Positions 19,363 through 29,409 of a stretch of DNA of 64,000 nt are shown in pieces. Both the position numbers and the translations under genes were made by a program. A model generated the notes under the pieces. The model did no database searches and was not told the DNA's origin. It saw only the letters and a program-made list of their open reading frames with translations. The stretch's first letter is position 1. Each line of letters begins with the position of its first letter. This DNA is from an uncultured Bifidobacteriaceae bacterium (GTDB lineage Bacteria > Bacteroidota > Bacteroidia > Cytophagales > UBA9547), in the NCBI GenBank assembly GCA_964572965.1, contig CAZNHL010000001.1, forward strand, positions 58,109 to 122,108. Direction: 5' to 3'.

Positions 19363-22300
19363 ATGAAAAAAGCACTTTATATAATAGGAGGTATTTTCGT
19401 AGCAATTATTCTTGCGATGGTTTCAATACCTTTCTTCTTTAAAGATCAGATTAAGGCCCAAATAGACGAGCAGATTGCTAAAAATGTAAATGCTAATGTT
19501 TATTTCGATGCTGATAAATTCTCTCTGAGTCTTTTTAAGGATTTTCCGAATATGACAGTTTCCCTGAAGGATTTCGGGATTGTAGGTAAGGAGGATTTCA
19601 AAGGAGATACTCTTACTTCCATTGATGAATTCAACCTCGTAGTAGATCTCAAAAGTGTCATTTTTGGCGACAAAATCAACGTTAGGGGAGTTCTTCTTGA
19701 TCAACCAAGGGTATTTGCCAGAGTAAATAAATTTGGGAAGGCAAACTGGGATATTACATTCCCGGATACTACTTCAGTGGTTGAACCGGAAACTCCTGAA
19801 AAACCATCTGACTTTGCCATCTCAATAGAAAAGTGGGAAATCAGAAATGGTTATGTGATTTATGATGATAAGACTTCAGACCTATTTGCAAGTGTTGTCA
19901 ACCTTAATCACGAAGGTAGTGGAGAAATTGGCGCAGATATTTATGATTTAGTGACTAAAACCAAAATAGATACACTTAGCTGTGTAATGGGTAATGTGGC
20001 TTATCTTAATAAAAACAGCCTTTCTTTCAATATGACTTTGAATATTGACAACAAAAACTCAAAGTATAGTTTTAAAGAGAACCTCCTGAAAATTAACGAG
20101 TTTGCATTAGGTTTCGATGGTTGGGTAGCAATGCCTGACACTAACATTGATATGGATATTAAATTTGCTGCAAAAGAAACTGAATTTAAAAATATCCTTT
20201 CTTTAGTACCTGCTGTTTACTTAAGCGATTTCGACAAAATAAAAACTGACGGAACTCTGGCTTTTGACGGTTTTGCTAAAGGCCGCTACAATGGAGCAAC
20301 GTTGCCACAATTTGGCGTAAATCTAAAAGTAAATAAAGGGATGTTCCAATATCCTCAACTACCTACTGCAGTTAACAATATTAATATAGACTTATCGGTT
20401 GAGAATAAAGATGTGATTGATAACCTATTAGTTCATCTGAAAAAATTCCACATGGATATGGGCAAAAACCCTGTTGATGCTACAATGCAGCTGCAAGGTT
20501 TAACTAACATGAATATTGATGCCAACGTTTTAGCTAAACTGAACTTAGCAGAAGTAATGACAATGTTCCCGGTTGAAGGAACAACACTTAAAGGGATGTT
20601 CTCTTTAGACCTTAAAGCGAAAGGTATTTATAACGAGCTGCAAAAGAAAATGCCTGCCGTTAATGCAAACATGGTCTTGTCAAACGGTTATGCTAAAACA
20701 AGCGAATTCCCTTCTGCTCTTGACGCGCTAAATGTATTGGCCAATGTAAGCAATTCGACAGGGAACCTTGCCGATACTAAACTGAATGTGAAAGACATGA
20801 AGTTTACAATGGACGGTCAGCCGTTTGAAGCAAGTGTATTTGCCGAAAATCTGGATGATTATACCTGGGACCTGAAAGCAAAAGGGATTGTTGATCTTAC
20901 AAAAATCACTAAAATTTTCCCTCTTGATGGTATGACCCTTGCCGGTATTATAGATATCAAGGATTTTGCAACAAAAGGTAAAATGTCTGATGTAAATGCC
21001 GGTCGTTACGATAAGCTACCTACAAGTGGTCAAATGGTATTCTCAAACTTCTCTTATATAAGCAGCGATTTACCTCAGGGCTTTAAGATGACTAAAGCAC
21101 AATTGAACTTCACTCCAAAGGATATTACCATTCCTCAATTAGAAGGTTTTGCCGGTAAATCTGATATCAATATAACAGGGACTTTCTCAAATTACATTGC
21201 TTACGTATTTGCTGATGGCACCATCAAAGGTAATATGAACTTCAAGTCAAATAGCTTTGATGTAAACGAATGGATGGCCGAAGAACCTGCTCCGACTACA
21301 ACTCACACTTCTCCAAAACCGACTGAAACTACAGCACCGGCATCACAGGAAATTGTTGCAGTAGAAATTCCAAAGAACATTGACTTCGTTTTAAATTCAG
21401 ATATCAAAAAGGTGCTTTACAGCAATTATGATATCAGCAACCTTAAAGGAGCAGTAATTGTGAAGGATGGTGCTGTTAGAATGCAAAATGTTGGGTTAAA
21501 CATGCTCGAAGCTGCCTTTAAAGTAAACGGTGGCTATAACAGCAAAGACCTTAAACATCCATTATTTGACATGGATCTTGATATCCAAAATCTGTCAATC
21601 AATGAAGCCGCAAAAACATTCAACACAGTTAAGTCTTTAGCTCCGATCGCCGAAAAAGTTAATGGTAATGCCAATACTTTAATTAAGTTCAAAGGGGAAC
21701 TTGGTCAGGATATGATGCCGGTGATGAACACTCTGAACGGAAATGGTTCTGTAAAAATCGGGCAGGCACGTATGTCTGGCGTAGCTCTTTTTGACGGGTT
21801 ATCTAAAATAACCAAAATGCAAAACCTGAACGACGTAGCTCTTAATGATCTTATTCTTAAATTTGAAATTAAAGATGGCTCATTGTTAGTACAGCCATTT
21901 GACATCAAAAGTGGAAACAGTAATTTCAACATAGGCGGTAGCCAGTCTCTTGACGGTACTTTGAACTATCTGATCAAAACAGATATTCCTTCCGGTGCTG
22001 CCGGAAAAGCTGCTAATGCTGCAATTTCTCAGTATACCGGTCAAAGTAATGTTATTGGAGATCGTATCAAAATTGACATTAAAATGGGCGGAACAATGGA
22101 TAAGCCAACTTTCACACCAGTTGGTAGCAGTAGTAGCTCAACCGGATCCGGTAATATTGTTAATGATGCTAAGAAAGCTGTTACAGATCAGGCAAACGCT
22201 GAAATAGAAAAGCAGAAAAAAGCGGCACAAGAGCAGATTAATGCTGAAGTTGAAAAGCAAAAAGCCGAACTTCAAAAACAGGCACAACAAGAAGCTGACA

Positions 22301-22383
22301 GAATTAAAAAGGAACAAGAAGAAAACTTAAAAAAAGAGGCTGATCAAAAAGCGAAAGACCTTAAAAAGAAATTTGGTCTTTAA
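19363..22383 (+). CDS. AsmA-family protein with charged coiled-coil tail
   Basis: 1006 aa with a single N-terminal TM (ALYIIGGIFVAIILAMVSIPFFF). It has an AsmA-like N-terminus (DADKFSLSLFKDFPNMTVSLKDF), a long beta-rich body, and a C-terminal K/E/Q-rich segment. Confidence 0.75.
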   Translation: MKKALYIIGGIFVAIILAMVSIPFFFKDQIKAQIDEQIAKNVNANVYFDADKFSLSLFKDFPNMTVSLKDFGIVGKEDFKGDTLTSIDEFNLVVDLKSVIFGDKINVRGVLLDQPRVFARVNKFGKANWDITFPDTTSVVEPETPEKPSDFAISIEKWEIRNGYVIYDDKTSDLFASVVNLNHEGSGEIGADIYDLVTKTKIDTLSCVMGNVAYLNKNSLSFNMTLNIDNKNSKYSFKENLLKINEFALGFDGWVAMPDTNIDMDIKFAAKETEFKNILSLVPAVYLSDFDKIKTDGTLAFDGFAKGRYNGATLPQFGVNLKVNKGMFQYPQLPTAVNNINIDLSVENKDVIDNLLVHLKKFHMDMGKNPVDATMQLQGLTNMNIDANVLAKLNLAEVMTMFPVEGTTLKGMFSLDLKAKGIYNELQKKMPAVNANMVLSNGYAKTSEFPSALDALNVLANVSNSTGNLADTKLNVKDMKFTMDGQPFEASVFAENLDDYTWDLKAKGIVDLTKITKIFPLDGMTLAGIIDIKDFATKGKMSDVNAGRYDKLPTSGQMVFSNFSYISSDLPQGFKMTKAQLNFTPKDITIPQLEGFAGKSDINITGTFSNYIAYVFADGTIKGNMNFKSNSFDVNEWMAEEPAPTTTHTSPKPTETTAPASQEIVAVEIPKNIDFVLNSDIKKVLYSNYDISNLKGAVIVKDGAVRMQNVGLNMLEAAFKVNGGYNSKDLKHPLFDMDLDIQNLSINEAAKTFNTVKSLAPIAEKVNGNANTLIKFKGELGQDMMPVMNTLNGNGSVKIGQARMSGVALFDGLSKITKMQNLNDVALNDLILKFEIKDGSLLVQPFDIKSGNSNFNIGGSQSLDGTLNYLIKTDIPSGAAGKAANAAISQYTGQSNVIGDRIKIDIKMGGTMDKPTFTPVGSSSSSTGSGNIVNDAKKAVTDQANAEIEKQKKAAQEQINAEVEKQKAELQKQAQQEADRIKKEQEENLKKEADQKAKDLKKKFGL

Positions 22384-22404
22384 GATTGATTAGCCTTCAA
22401 ATTG

Positions 22405-22456
22405 ACTTCCCGTTTAGCTTATTAGAATTAAATAAGCTAAACGGGAAGTTTTATTT
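22405..22456 (+). terminator. Strong rho-independent terminator after the AsmA-family gene
   Basis: Perfect 19-bp stem ACTTCCCGTTTAGCTTATT (22405-22423) with AATAAGCTAAACGGGAAGT (22431-22449), 7-nt loop, followed by TTTTATTT. Confidence 0.85.
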
Positions 22457-22554
22457 CTGCCCACACAATATTACCAAATGATTAAAAAAACATTACCATT
22501 ATGTAACATTAACAGATACTTAAGTGTTTAAGTGATTAAGACTTAAACACTACT

Positions 22555-23499
22555 TTGAAACTCGCAAAATTCATATTAGTTATTTTTTCAAGTATTGCCA
22601 TGTTAAGCAACATGGTAGATGCTCAATCATTTTTTCCTCCTGATCATCTTTTTTTCAATAATGACATCTACATATCTGAATTTGAAAAAGAAATTTTGCT
22701 TGATGTAAGAGCTGGCAATAAACCTGAGACTTTAGCATTATTATTAGCCGCCGATTCTTCCGCTACAAAAGAAACCTATTCTTCCATCAATAAAGGGCTC
22801 GAGGTTTTTTGTTCAAAACTAGAAAACAAGAGAAGCATACTGACCGGAGAGGAAGAAAGATTATCTATTATTTTCGATAAAATTCAGACTACCTATCTAA
22901 AAAAATACCAAACCGGGCAGACCGTTGACAAAACCATTCTTTATGGTACTTACGATTGCTTAACGGCATCTGCTATTTATGCATTAGTTCTTGAGCGGCT
23001 GGGCTACCGTTTCAATGTAGTTGAAACACCGCACCATGTCTATGTAAAGGTATTTCTAAAAAAGGGTAAAAAGGAAATTCTCTTAGAAACAACTGATCGT
23101 TATAATGGCTTTGTCACCGATAAAAATGAAATAGTCAGTCGCGAGAAAAAATATGCGGCACAATCTTCCGGTAGTTTTGTAGACATCATGAAAACATCTG
23201 AAAACCTTTTAATTGTTGACAGCACATTACATGCTGAAATAGGAATAGATAAACTTTGTGGTTTACAATACTTTAATGAGGGTGTAAAAGAATACAATAA
23301 AGGTAATTATAAATCAGCTTTCACTTATATAGAAAAGGCCTTCATCTTCTATCCTTCTGACAGAATAAACGGTATGGCCATACTGACTCTTCAACAAATA
23401 CTCTCCAAAAAACAACCGGGAGATAAAGAATTTAAATTCTATTCTAACAAATACCGCAGTTACTTATCAATGTCACAGTACCTGGCAAGTGCCCACTAA
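22555..23499 (+). CDS. Secreted hypothetical protein with transglutaminase-like Cys/His core and C-terminal TPR-like segment
   Basis: 314 aa. The TTG start gives a signal peptide (MKLAKFILVIFSSIAMLSNMVDAQ). GTYDCLTASAIYALVLERLGY...ETPHHVYVKV...LLETTD resembles a papain/transglutaminase-like C-H-D/E arrangement. YFNEGVKEYNKGNYKSAFTYIEKAF is TPR-like. Confidence 0.5.
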   Translation: MKLAKFILVIFSSIAMLSNMVDAQSFFPPDHLFFNNDIYISEFEKEILLDVRAGNKPETLALLLAADSSATKETYSSINKGLEVFCSKLENKRSILTGEEERLSIIFDKIQTTYLKKYQTGQTVDKTILYGTYDCLTASAIYALVLERLGYRFNVVETPHHVYVKVFLKKGKKEILLETTDRYNGFVTDKNEIVSREKKYAAQSSGSFVDIMKTSENLLIVDSTLHAEIGIDKLCGLQYFNEGVKEYNKGNYKSAFTYIEKAFIFYPSDRINGMAILTLQQILSKKQPGDKEFKFYSNKYRSYLSMSQYLASAH

Positions 23500-23990
23500 C
23501 GGATCAGATATTCTTCATATGCCTGATCTATAGAAACCGGCTGGTTATTTGTACCACCTTGGCCTCTTCTGCCTAATCCATTATGCCAACGCTGTTCCAT
23601 TTCAAGCTTCTTGGCAACAACATCTTTATCCAAAGCATCATTCTGATCAGGGTTTAGAATGTCTTTGACATCATTCTTATATTGCTCCCGAATTTCCTTT
23701 GTTTTAAGAAACAACGCATTAGCATCAATATCAGGATTAGCAGCTTTTACTTCTCTTATTTTCTGAGTTTTCACAGAAATAAGGGACTTTATAGCTTCTT
23801 TTTGACTATCAGTTAGTTTATATTTTACATACAATTTATTAGATACGGCTTTACCAACCTCCTCAGGGCTTTCCTGGTTAATATCATAATGCTTTAAAGT
23901 AGGCCCCTTTGGCTCTTTTTGTTCTTTTTGCGCGTTAGCTGCAAAGGTTATCAATAAGACAATTGCAAGGCTATATATTCTATTCATCAT
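23496..23990 (-). CDS. Periplasmic LTXXQ-motif (Spy/CpxP-like) protein, paralog 1
   Basis: 164 aa with a signal peptide ending ANAQ. Repeated LTDSQ / LNPDQ motifs sit in helical K/E-rich sequence. It aligns by eye with the neighbouring gene 24091..24537. Confidence 0.5.
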   Translation of the reverse strand: MMNRIYSLAIVLLITFAANAQKEQKEPKGPTLKHYDINQESPEEVGKAVSNKLYVKYKLTDSQKEAIKSLISVKTQKIREVKAANPDIDANALFLKTKEIREQYKNDVKDILNPDQNDALDKDVVAKKLEMEQRWHNGLGRRGQGGTNNQPVSIDQAYEEYLIR

Positions 23991-24032
23991 AAAGGTATGT
24001 TTTCACAAAAGTTAAGAAATAATTGACGCATT

Positions 24033-24072
24033 AAAAAACAAAAGCTCCGCAGCATATATCTTCGGAGCTTTT
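24033..24072 (-). terminator. Rho-independent terminator downstream of 24091..24537
   Basis: Stem AAAAGCTCCG (24040-24049) with CGGAGCTTTT (24063-24072). On the minus strand it is followed by a T-rich run. Confidence 0.7.
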
Positions 24073-24090
24073 AAAAATCAGCAGTAAAAA

Positions 24091-24537
24091 CTACTCATCT
24101 ACTTCATCTAAAACATCATTTGCATTTGGAGAAGGCTGTATCTTCTGGCCTTTACCCTGCTTTCCAGCTCCTTTTTGCTGTTTTCTCGCTGCTATATCTT
24201 TTTGAAGCTGCCCATACTGTTCTTCGGTCATTATTTCCTTAAGATCAACCTTATATTGTTCCTTTAATGGTTTCACTTGTGTACCAAGTGTTTTCCTGTC
24301 GGCATTTGGGTTGGCATCCTTTATTTCCTTTGTCTTCTGAATTTTAATAAGAGTGACTGTATATAGTTTAGACTTTTGGTCTTCATCTAAACCATATTTT
24401 GTTGCCAGTTTAGAAGTAACATTCATTGCCATATCTTCAGGAGTCTTTTGTCCTCCTTTTGCTTTGCTACCGGATTGTGCATTAACTGTAAAAATTAGTC
24501 CTAACAGGAATACTGGGACAATTAATAGTTTTTTCAT
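24091..24537 (-). CDS. Periplasmic LTXXQ-motif (Spy/CpxP-like) protein, paralog 2
   Basis: The start was trimmed to MKKLLIVPVFLLGLIFTVNAQ (ATG at 24537). LDEDQ / MTEEQ motifs are present, and it is collinear with 23496..23990. Confidence 0.5.
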   Translation of the reverse strand: MKKLLIVPVFLLGLIFTVNAQSGSKAKGGQKTPEDMAMNVTSKLATKYGLDEDQKSKLYTVTLIKIQKTKEIKDANPNADRKTLGTQVKPLKEQYKVDLKEIMTEEQYGQLQKDIAARKQQKGAGKQGKGQKIQPSPNANDVLDEVDE

Positions 24538-24630
24538 AAGAGTAAGGTTAAGTTTAATCATTTGACACAAAAATGAAGTATAGTTTAAAAAAGCCTGCAA
24601 ATAATTTACGTTAGAGCAAAAACATTGTTC

Positions 24631-24666
24631 AAAAAAAAACACCCAGGCTAAATAGTCCGGGTGTTT
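24631..24666 (-). terminator. Rho-independent terminator of typA
   Basis: The minus strand reads AACACCCGGACTATTTAGCCTGGGTGTT followed by T9. Confidence 0.75.
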
Positions 24667-24687
24667 GTATTAATGTAAAACGATCAA

Positions 24688-26502
24688 TTAAATTGAATCG
24701 TCAGCTTTTTTAGATTGTCTTGTACGCTCACCTTCATCAAGGATGATCTTACGCATACGAATACTCTTAGGTGTAATTTCAAGGTATTCATCTTTTTGGA
24801 TGTATTCCATTGCTTCTTCCAAAGAGAAATCTATTTTCGGTGCAATTTTAACACCTGCATCAGTACCTGAAGCACGCATGTTAGTCAATTGCTTAGCTTT
24901 TTGAACGTTTACACAAATATCATTTGGACGATTGTGCTCGCCAATTACCATACCGATATACAATTCCTCTCCCGGATCAACAAAGAAACGTCCTCTGTCC
25001 TGCAATTTATCGATGGAATAAGCAGTACCAGGGCCATTTTCCATAGAAATGATAGAACCATTGATACGCCCCTGGATAGGACCTTTGAATGGCTCATACC
25101 CTTTGATACGGTGGTTCATAATTGCTTCACCGAAAGTGGCCGTCAACACGTTATTACGTAGACCGATCAAGCCTCTTGATGGGATTTCAAATTCCAAGTG
25201 CTGTAAGTCACCTTTTGGTTCCATTACCAACAAGTTACCTTTACGCTGAGTAGCCAATTCGATTACCTTACCAGCAGTTTCCTGAGGAACATCCACTACT
25301 AACGTTTCGATAGGCTCGTTACGAACTCCATCAATTTCTTTATACAATACTTGTGGCTGACCAACCTGCAATTCGTAACCTTCACGACGCATAGTTTCGA
25401 TCAATACAGACAAGTGAAGAATACCACGGCCAAATACCAAGAATTTATCTTCGCTATCTGTAGCAACAATTTTCATTGCCAGGTTTTTCTCAACCTCTTT
25501 ATACAGACGGTCTCTGATGTGACGGGAAGTCACAAATTTACCTTCTTTACCAAAGAATGGAGAGTTGTTGATTGTAAACAACATACTCATTGTTGGTTCA
25601 TCAACTGCAATACGCTCCAATGCTTCCGGATTGTCAGCATCAGCAATTGTATCACCAATTTCAAAATCCTCGATACCGGAAATAGCACAAATTTCGCCTG
25701 AAGAAACAGACTCAACTTTAGCTTTACCCATACCTTCGAAAATATGAATTTCTTTGATTTTTTGTTTTTTGATTGAGCCGTCAGCTTTCATCAAAGCAAC
25801 TTGTTGTCCTTCTTTGAAGGTACCTCTTTCAATACGGCCAATAGCTATACGGCCAGTGAAAGAAGAATAATCCAATGAAGTGATCTGCATTTGTGCCGGA
25901 CCCTCTTTTTGAGGAGCTGGTGGCACATTAGCAACAATAGCATCCAGCAAAGGAATGATATCTTCAGTTTTGTTTTTCCAGTCGGTGCTCATCCAACCCT
26001 GTTTCGAAGACCCGTAAAGAGTTACAAAATCAAGTTGTTCTTCTGTAGCACCCAAGTTAAACATCAAATCGAAAACTTGTTCATGTACTTCATCCGGACG
26101 ACAGTTTTCTTTATCTACTTTGTTCACAACCAGAATTGGTTTCAAACCAAGTGCTAAAGCTTTCGTCAATACGAAACGCGTTTGAGGCATAGCGCCTTCA
26201 AAAGCATCAACCAATACTAACACACCATCAGCAAGTTTCAATACACGTTCAACTTCTCCACCGAAATCGGCGTGACCTGGTGTATCAATTACGTTAATCT
26301 TAACGTCATTATATCTTACAGATAAGTTTTTGGATACGATCGTGATCCCTCTTTCTCTTTCCTGATCGTTGTTGTCCAGAATCAGGTCATCGAAAACCTG
26401 ATTGTCTCTGAATAATTTTGCAGAGTGTATGATCTTGTCAACCAACGTCGTTTTACCGTGATCGACGTGTGCAATGATTGCAATGTTCCTAATTTTTTGC
26501 AT
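24688..26502 (-). CDS. typA: Translational GTPase TypA/BipA
   Basis: 604 aa. Starts MQKIRNIAIIAHVDHGKTTLVDK, and contains DTPGHADFGGEVER and NKVD. It has an EF-G-like domain architecture. Confidence 0.95.
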   Translation of the reverse strand: MQKIRNIAIIAHVDHGKTTLVDKIIHSAKLFRDNQVFDDLILDNNDQERERGITIVSKNLSVRYNDVKINVIDTPGHADFGGEVERVLKLADGVLVLVDAFEGAMPQTRFVLTKALALGLKPILVVNKVDKENCRPDEVHEQVFDLMFNLGATEEQLDFVTLYGSSKQGWMSTDWKNKTEDIIPLLDAIVANVPPAPQKEGPAQMQITSLDYSSFTGRIAIGRIERGTFKEGQQVALMKADGSIKKQKIKEIHIFEGMGKAKVESVSSGEICAISGIEDFEIGDTIADADNPEALERIAVDEPTMSMLFTINNSPFFGKEGKFVTSRHIRDRLYKEVEKNLAMKIVATDSEDKFLVFGRGILHLSVLIETMRREGYELQVGQPQVLYKEIDGVRNEPIETLVVDVPQETAGKVIELATQRKGNLLVMEPKGDLQHLEFEIPSRGLIGLRNNVLTATFGEAIMNHRIKGYEPFKGPIQGRINGSIISMENGPGTAYSIDKLQDRGRFFVDPGEELYIGMVIGEHNRPNDICVNVQKAKQLTNMRASGTDAGVKIAPKIDFSLEEAMEYIQKDEYLEITPKSIRMRKIILDEGERTRQSKKADDSI

Positions 26503-26589
26503 TCAAATTGAATTTTAGGGTGCAAAGTTATAAAAAAATTGTATCAAAACCACTTTTTCAGTTAAATGCGCTGATTATTAAATTGTTAG

Positions 26590-27219
26590 TTAGAATTTCC
26601 TGTTCCAACGAATGAATGAATTACTCCCCGTACGATAGCAAAAGCGGATCAGTCCCGCTCTACGCTGATAGTAGACACTATCTGGAAACTGGTCTCGCCC
26701 AGTACTTATCGGATAATTAGCGGTAAGAACATAAACACTGTCAAATAGCAACCCTTGCCCGGTAATCAAATTAATAGGTTTGCTTACCAATGTATCAAGT
26801 CTGAAATAAAGGTTTTGTGCAATGATAACAGAGAAAGAAGAGGTTTCTCCTCCGCCATATATTTGTGCTGGTCTTATATAATAGGTATCCGGGTCCTTAG
26901 CACCAGGTATTTTACTCAAATTTCGGACAACTGTTTTAAAGTAAAACGGATAGCAAGAACTGGAAGACTGACCTTCAAGGGGTATACCACTCTGGCTATC
27001 ACTCAGCTTAAACGTATCTACTCTTTCAATTTGCGGAGCTAGAGTTCCAGACCCTTCCAAGCTATCCCGATAGAAAAGCCATGCTTTATCATTAGCAACT
27101 GCATCAAACAATAATTGGTCTCTATTATTCAGAGGACGGGATTCTGGCTGTTCTTTATTGCACTTACATGCCTCTAAAAACAAACAGGAAAATATAATTA
27201 ATGCTGCAAAAATCCTCAT
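26590..27219 (-). CDS. Hypothetical lipoprotein
   Basis: 209 aa with signal and lipobox (IFSCLFLEAC). No recognised domain. Confidence 0.5.
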   Translation of the reverse strand: MRIFAALIIFSCLFLEACKCNKEQPESRPLNNRDQLLFDAVANDKAWLFYRDSLEGSGTLAPQIERVDTFKLSDSQSGIPLEGQSSSSCYPFYFKTVVRNLSKIPGAKDPDTYYIRPAQIYGGGETSSFSVIIAQNLYFRLDTLVSKPINLITGQGLLFDSVYVLTANYPISTGRDQFPDSVYYQRRAGLIRFCYRTGSNSFIRWNRKF

Positions 27220-27322
27220 GTGCTGAACCGTTCCAATTTTATTTACAAAAGTAAAGCATTTCTGCCTTTGTTTGCCAAAAAATTAGTCGTTGTTTAATCC
27301 TCGACCAATTATCCTGATAAAT

Positions 27323-27359
27323 AAGAAAGGGTTCCGCATATAATGCGGAACCCTTTCTT
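27323..27359 (-). terminator. Perfect palindromic terminator downstream of dnaN (potentially bidirectional)
   Basis: AAGAAAGGGTTCCGCAT (27323-27339), loop ATA, ATGCGGAACCCTTTCTT (27343-27359), giving a 17-bp perfect stem. The flanking sequence on both sides is A/T-rich. Confidence 0.8.
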
Positions 27360-27377
27360 CTTATATATTATGTAATA

Positions 27378-28502
27378 CTAAGCGTAGTTATTCAACATTA
27401 CCGGCATTACCAGCATCAACAAGTCTTCATTCTTGATATTATCAGCAGGAGTAATCAAACCAGCGCGGTTGGGAGCTGACATATGTACTGACACATTACG
27501 GGTATCAATATTATTTAACATCTGAATAATAAACTTTGCATTGAAGCCAATTTCCATGTCTTCACCTTCATACTCACAGGCAAGGCGTTCATTAGCCTCA
27601 TTTGAGAAATCAAGATCTTCTGCAGAAATCTGTAATTCGCTGCCAGCCAGTTTCAAACGAACCTGATTAGTTGTTTTATTTGAATAAATATCAATACGTT
27701 TTAAAGAAGTCAGAAACTCCAGGCGATCGATTGTTAAGATATTTGGATTCTCGGCAGGGATCGCATTATCGTAATCAGGGAAACGTTCATCAATCAAACG
27801 ACAGATCATTTTCACCTGGTTAAAGTTGAAAAAGGCATTTGACGGATTGAACTCTAACTTTACGTTTGTATTGTCAGAAGGCAATGATTTTTTCAAAAGT
27901 TCTAATGCCTTTCTTGGTATAATGATTGAAGTATCTGCATCAGAAACCACATCAACCCTTCTGTATCTAACCAAGCGATGACCGTCAGTAGAAACGAAAG
28001 TAGTGTTTGTATCTGCAAACTTCACATAAACCCCAGTCATTGCAGGACGAAGTTCATCAGTACTTGCTGCAAAAATCGTATTTGAAATAGCACGATTTAA
28101 AACATCAGAAGAAATATCAACTGAGTAGTTTTTAGCTACAACAGGCACTTTTGGAAAATCAGTTGCATTTTCACCAGCCAGCTTATAACGGCCGTTGTCA
28201 GAACTCAATTCAATAGTATATGTTTCTTCATCTACACTGAAAGCAACAGGTTGCTCAGGAAGATTTTTCAATGTTTCTACCAAAATTTTAGCAGGTACTG
28301 CAATACTGCCCTTCTCCTTACTGTCAACAGGTAACTCTGTGATCATCGATGTCTGCAGGTCAGAAGCCGTGATAGTCAGAGTGTCATTGTCAATTTCAAA
28401 CAGAAAGTTTTCCAAAATAGGTACAATAGGATTGGGAGCTATCACACCGCTGATTGCATTAAGTTGCTTTAACAATACCGCCGATGATACGACAAATTTC
28501 AT
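27378..28502 (-). CDS. dnaN: DNA polymerase III beta sliding clamp
   Basis: 374 aa. Starts MKFVVSSAVLLKQLNAISGVI, with three-domain clamp length and pattern, ending ...LLMLVMPVMLNNYA. Confidence 0.9.
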   Translation of the reverse strand: MKFVVSSAVLLKQLNAISGVIAPNPIVPILENFLFEIDNDTLTITASDLQTSMITELPVDSKEKGSIAVPAKILVETLKNLPEQPVAFSVDEETYTIELSSDNGRYKLAGENATDFPKVPVVAKNYSVDISSDVLNRAISNTIFAASTDELRPAMTGVYVKFADTNTTFVSTDGHRLVRYRRVDVVSDADTSIIIPRKALELLKKSLPSDNTNVKLEFNPSNAFFNFNQVKMICRLIDERFPDYDNAIPAENPNILTIDRLEFLTSLKRIDIYSNKTTNQVRLKLAGSELQISAEDLDFSNEANERLACEYEGEDMEIGFNAKFIIQMLNNIDTRNVSVHMSAPNRAGLITPADNIKNEDLLMLVMPVMLNNYA

Positions 28503-28715
28503 GGTGAGGAGATTTTATAGATGGACACTATTAATAAGCAAATATAGACAAAAGTAGTCAGTTGTCAGAATTTTTGAATTACTGAATTTACAATTTATTA
28601 AATTTATATTACCGACAATCATTAAAACAAGTAAAGCTCTTGCTGGTCTGTCTCCGGACATTTCTTAATACTCACCACAATTCCGTATCTTGCAGCATAA
28701 TTTCCACATCGAATT

Positions 28716-29408
28716 ATGCGAATTGATATCATTACCTGTTTACCTCGCCTGTTAGAAAGCCCTTTTAATCAGTCTATTTTGCACCGTGCCCAAACAAAAG
28801 GACTGGCTGAAGTCAATTTTCATGACATCAGGGATTATTCTACCAATAAACAGCGATCAATTGATGATTATGCCTTTGGTGGCGGTGCGGGTATGGTCAT
28901 GATGATTGAACCAATTGCGCTTTGCATTGAAAAGCTTAAGGCTGAAAGAAATTATGATGCCATCATGTATATGACTCCTGACGGAAAAACATTTAACCAG
29001 TCGATGGCCAACCATTTTTCAATGTTTGAAAATATCATTATCCTGTGCGGACATTATAAAGGAGTCGATCAACGCGTACGCGATATTTACATTACACATG
29101 AAATCAGTATCGGCGATTTTGTATTGTCTGGTGGCGAACTAGCAGCTGCTGTAGTAGCCGACGCTATAATCCGCTTAATACCCGGAGTGCTCTCAGACGA
29201 AACTTCTGCCCTTACCGATACTTTCCAGGATGATTTATTAGCACCTCCGGTGTATACAAGGCCAGCCGACTATAAAGGACACAAAGTTCCGGACATACTG
29301 CTTTCCGGACATGAAAAGGAAATTGAAAAATGGCGTAGCGAGCAGGCACTTCAAAGAACCCAAGAACGCAGACCTGATTTGTATAAGAAAATTAGCGGGG
29401 AAGAGTAA
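28716..29408 (+). CDS. trmD: tRNA (guanine37-N1)-methyltransferase TrmD
   Basis: Starts [10 protein letters not shown], and contains [36 protein letters not shown] and [11 protein letters not shown]. Confidence 0.95.
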   Translation: MRIDIITCLPRLLESPFNQSILHRAQTKGLAEVNFHDIRDYSTNKQRSIDDYAFGGGAGMVMMIEPIALCIEKLKAERNYDAIMYMTPDGKTFNQSMANHFSMFENIIILCGHYKGVDQRVRDIYITHEISIGDFVLSGGELAAAVVADAIIRLIPGVLSDETSALTDTFQDDLLAPPVYTRPADYKGHKVPDILLSGHEKEIEKWRSEQALQRTQERRPDLYKKISGEE

Positions 29409-29409
29409 A

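Noticed and set aside
28699-28708. DnaA-box-like ATTTCCACA upstream of dnaN/trmD
   Set aside because: It is a single 7/9 match to TTATCCACA. There is no cluster of boxes, no dnaA gene and no AT-rich unwinding element typical of oriC.
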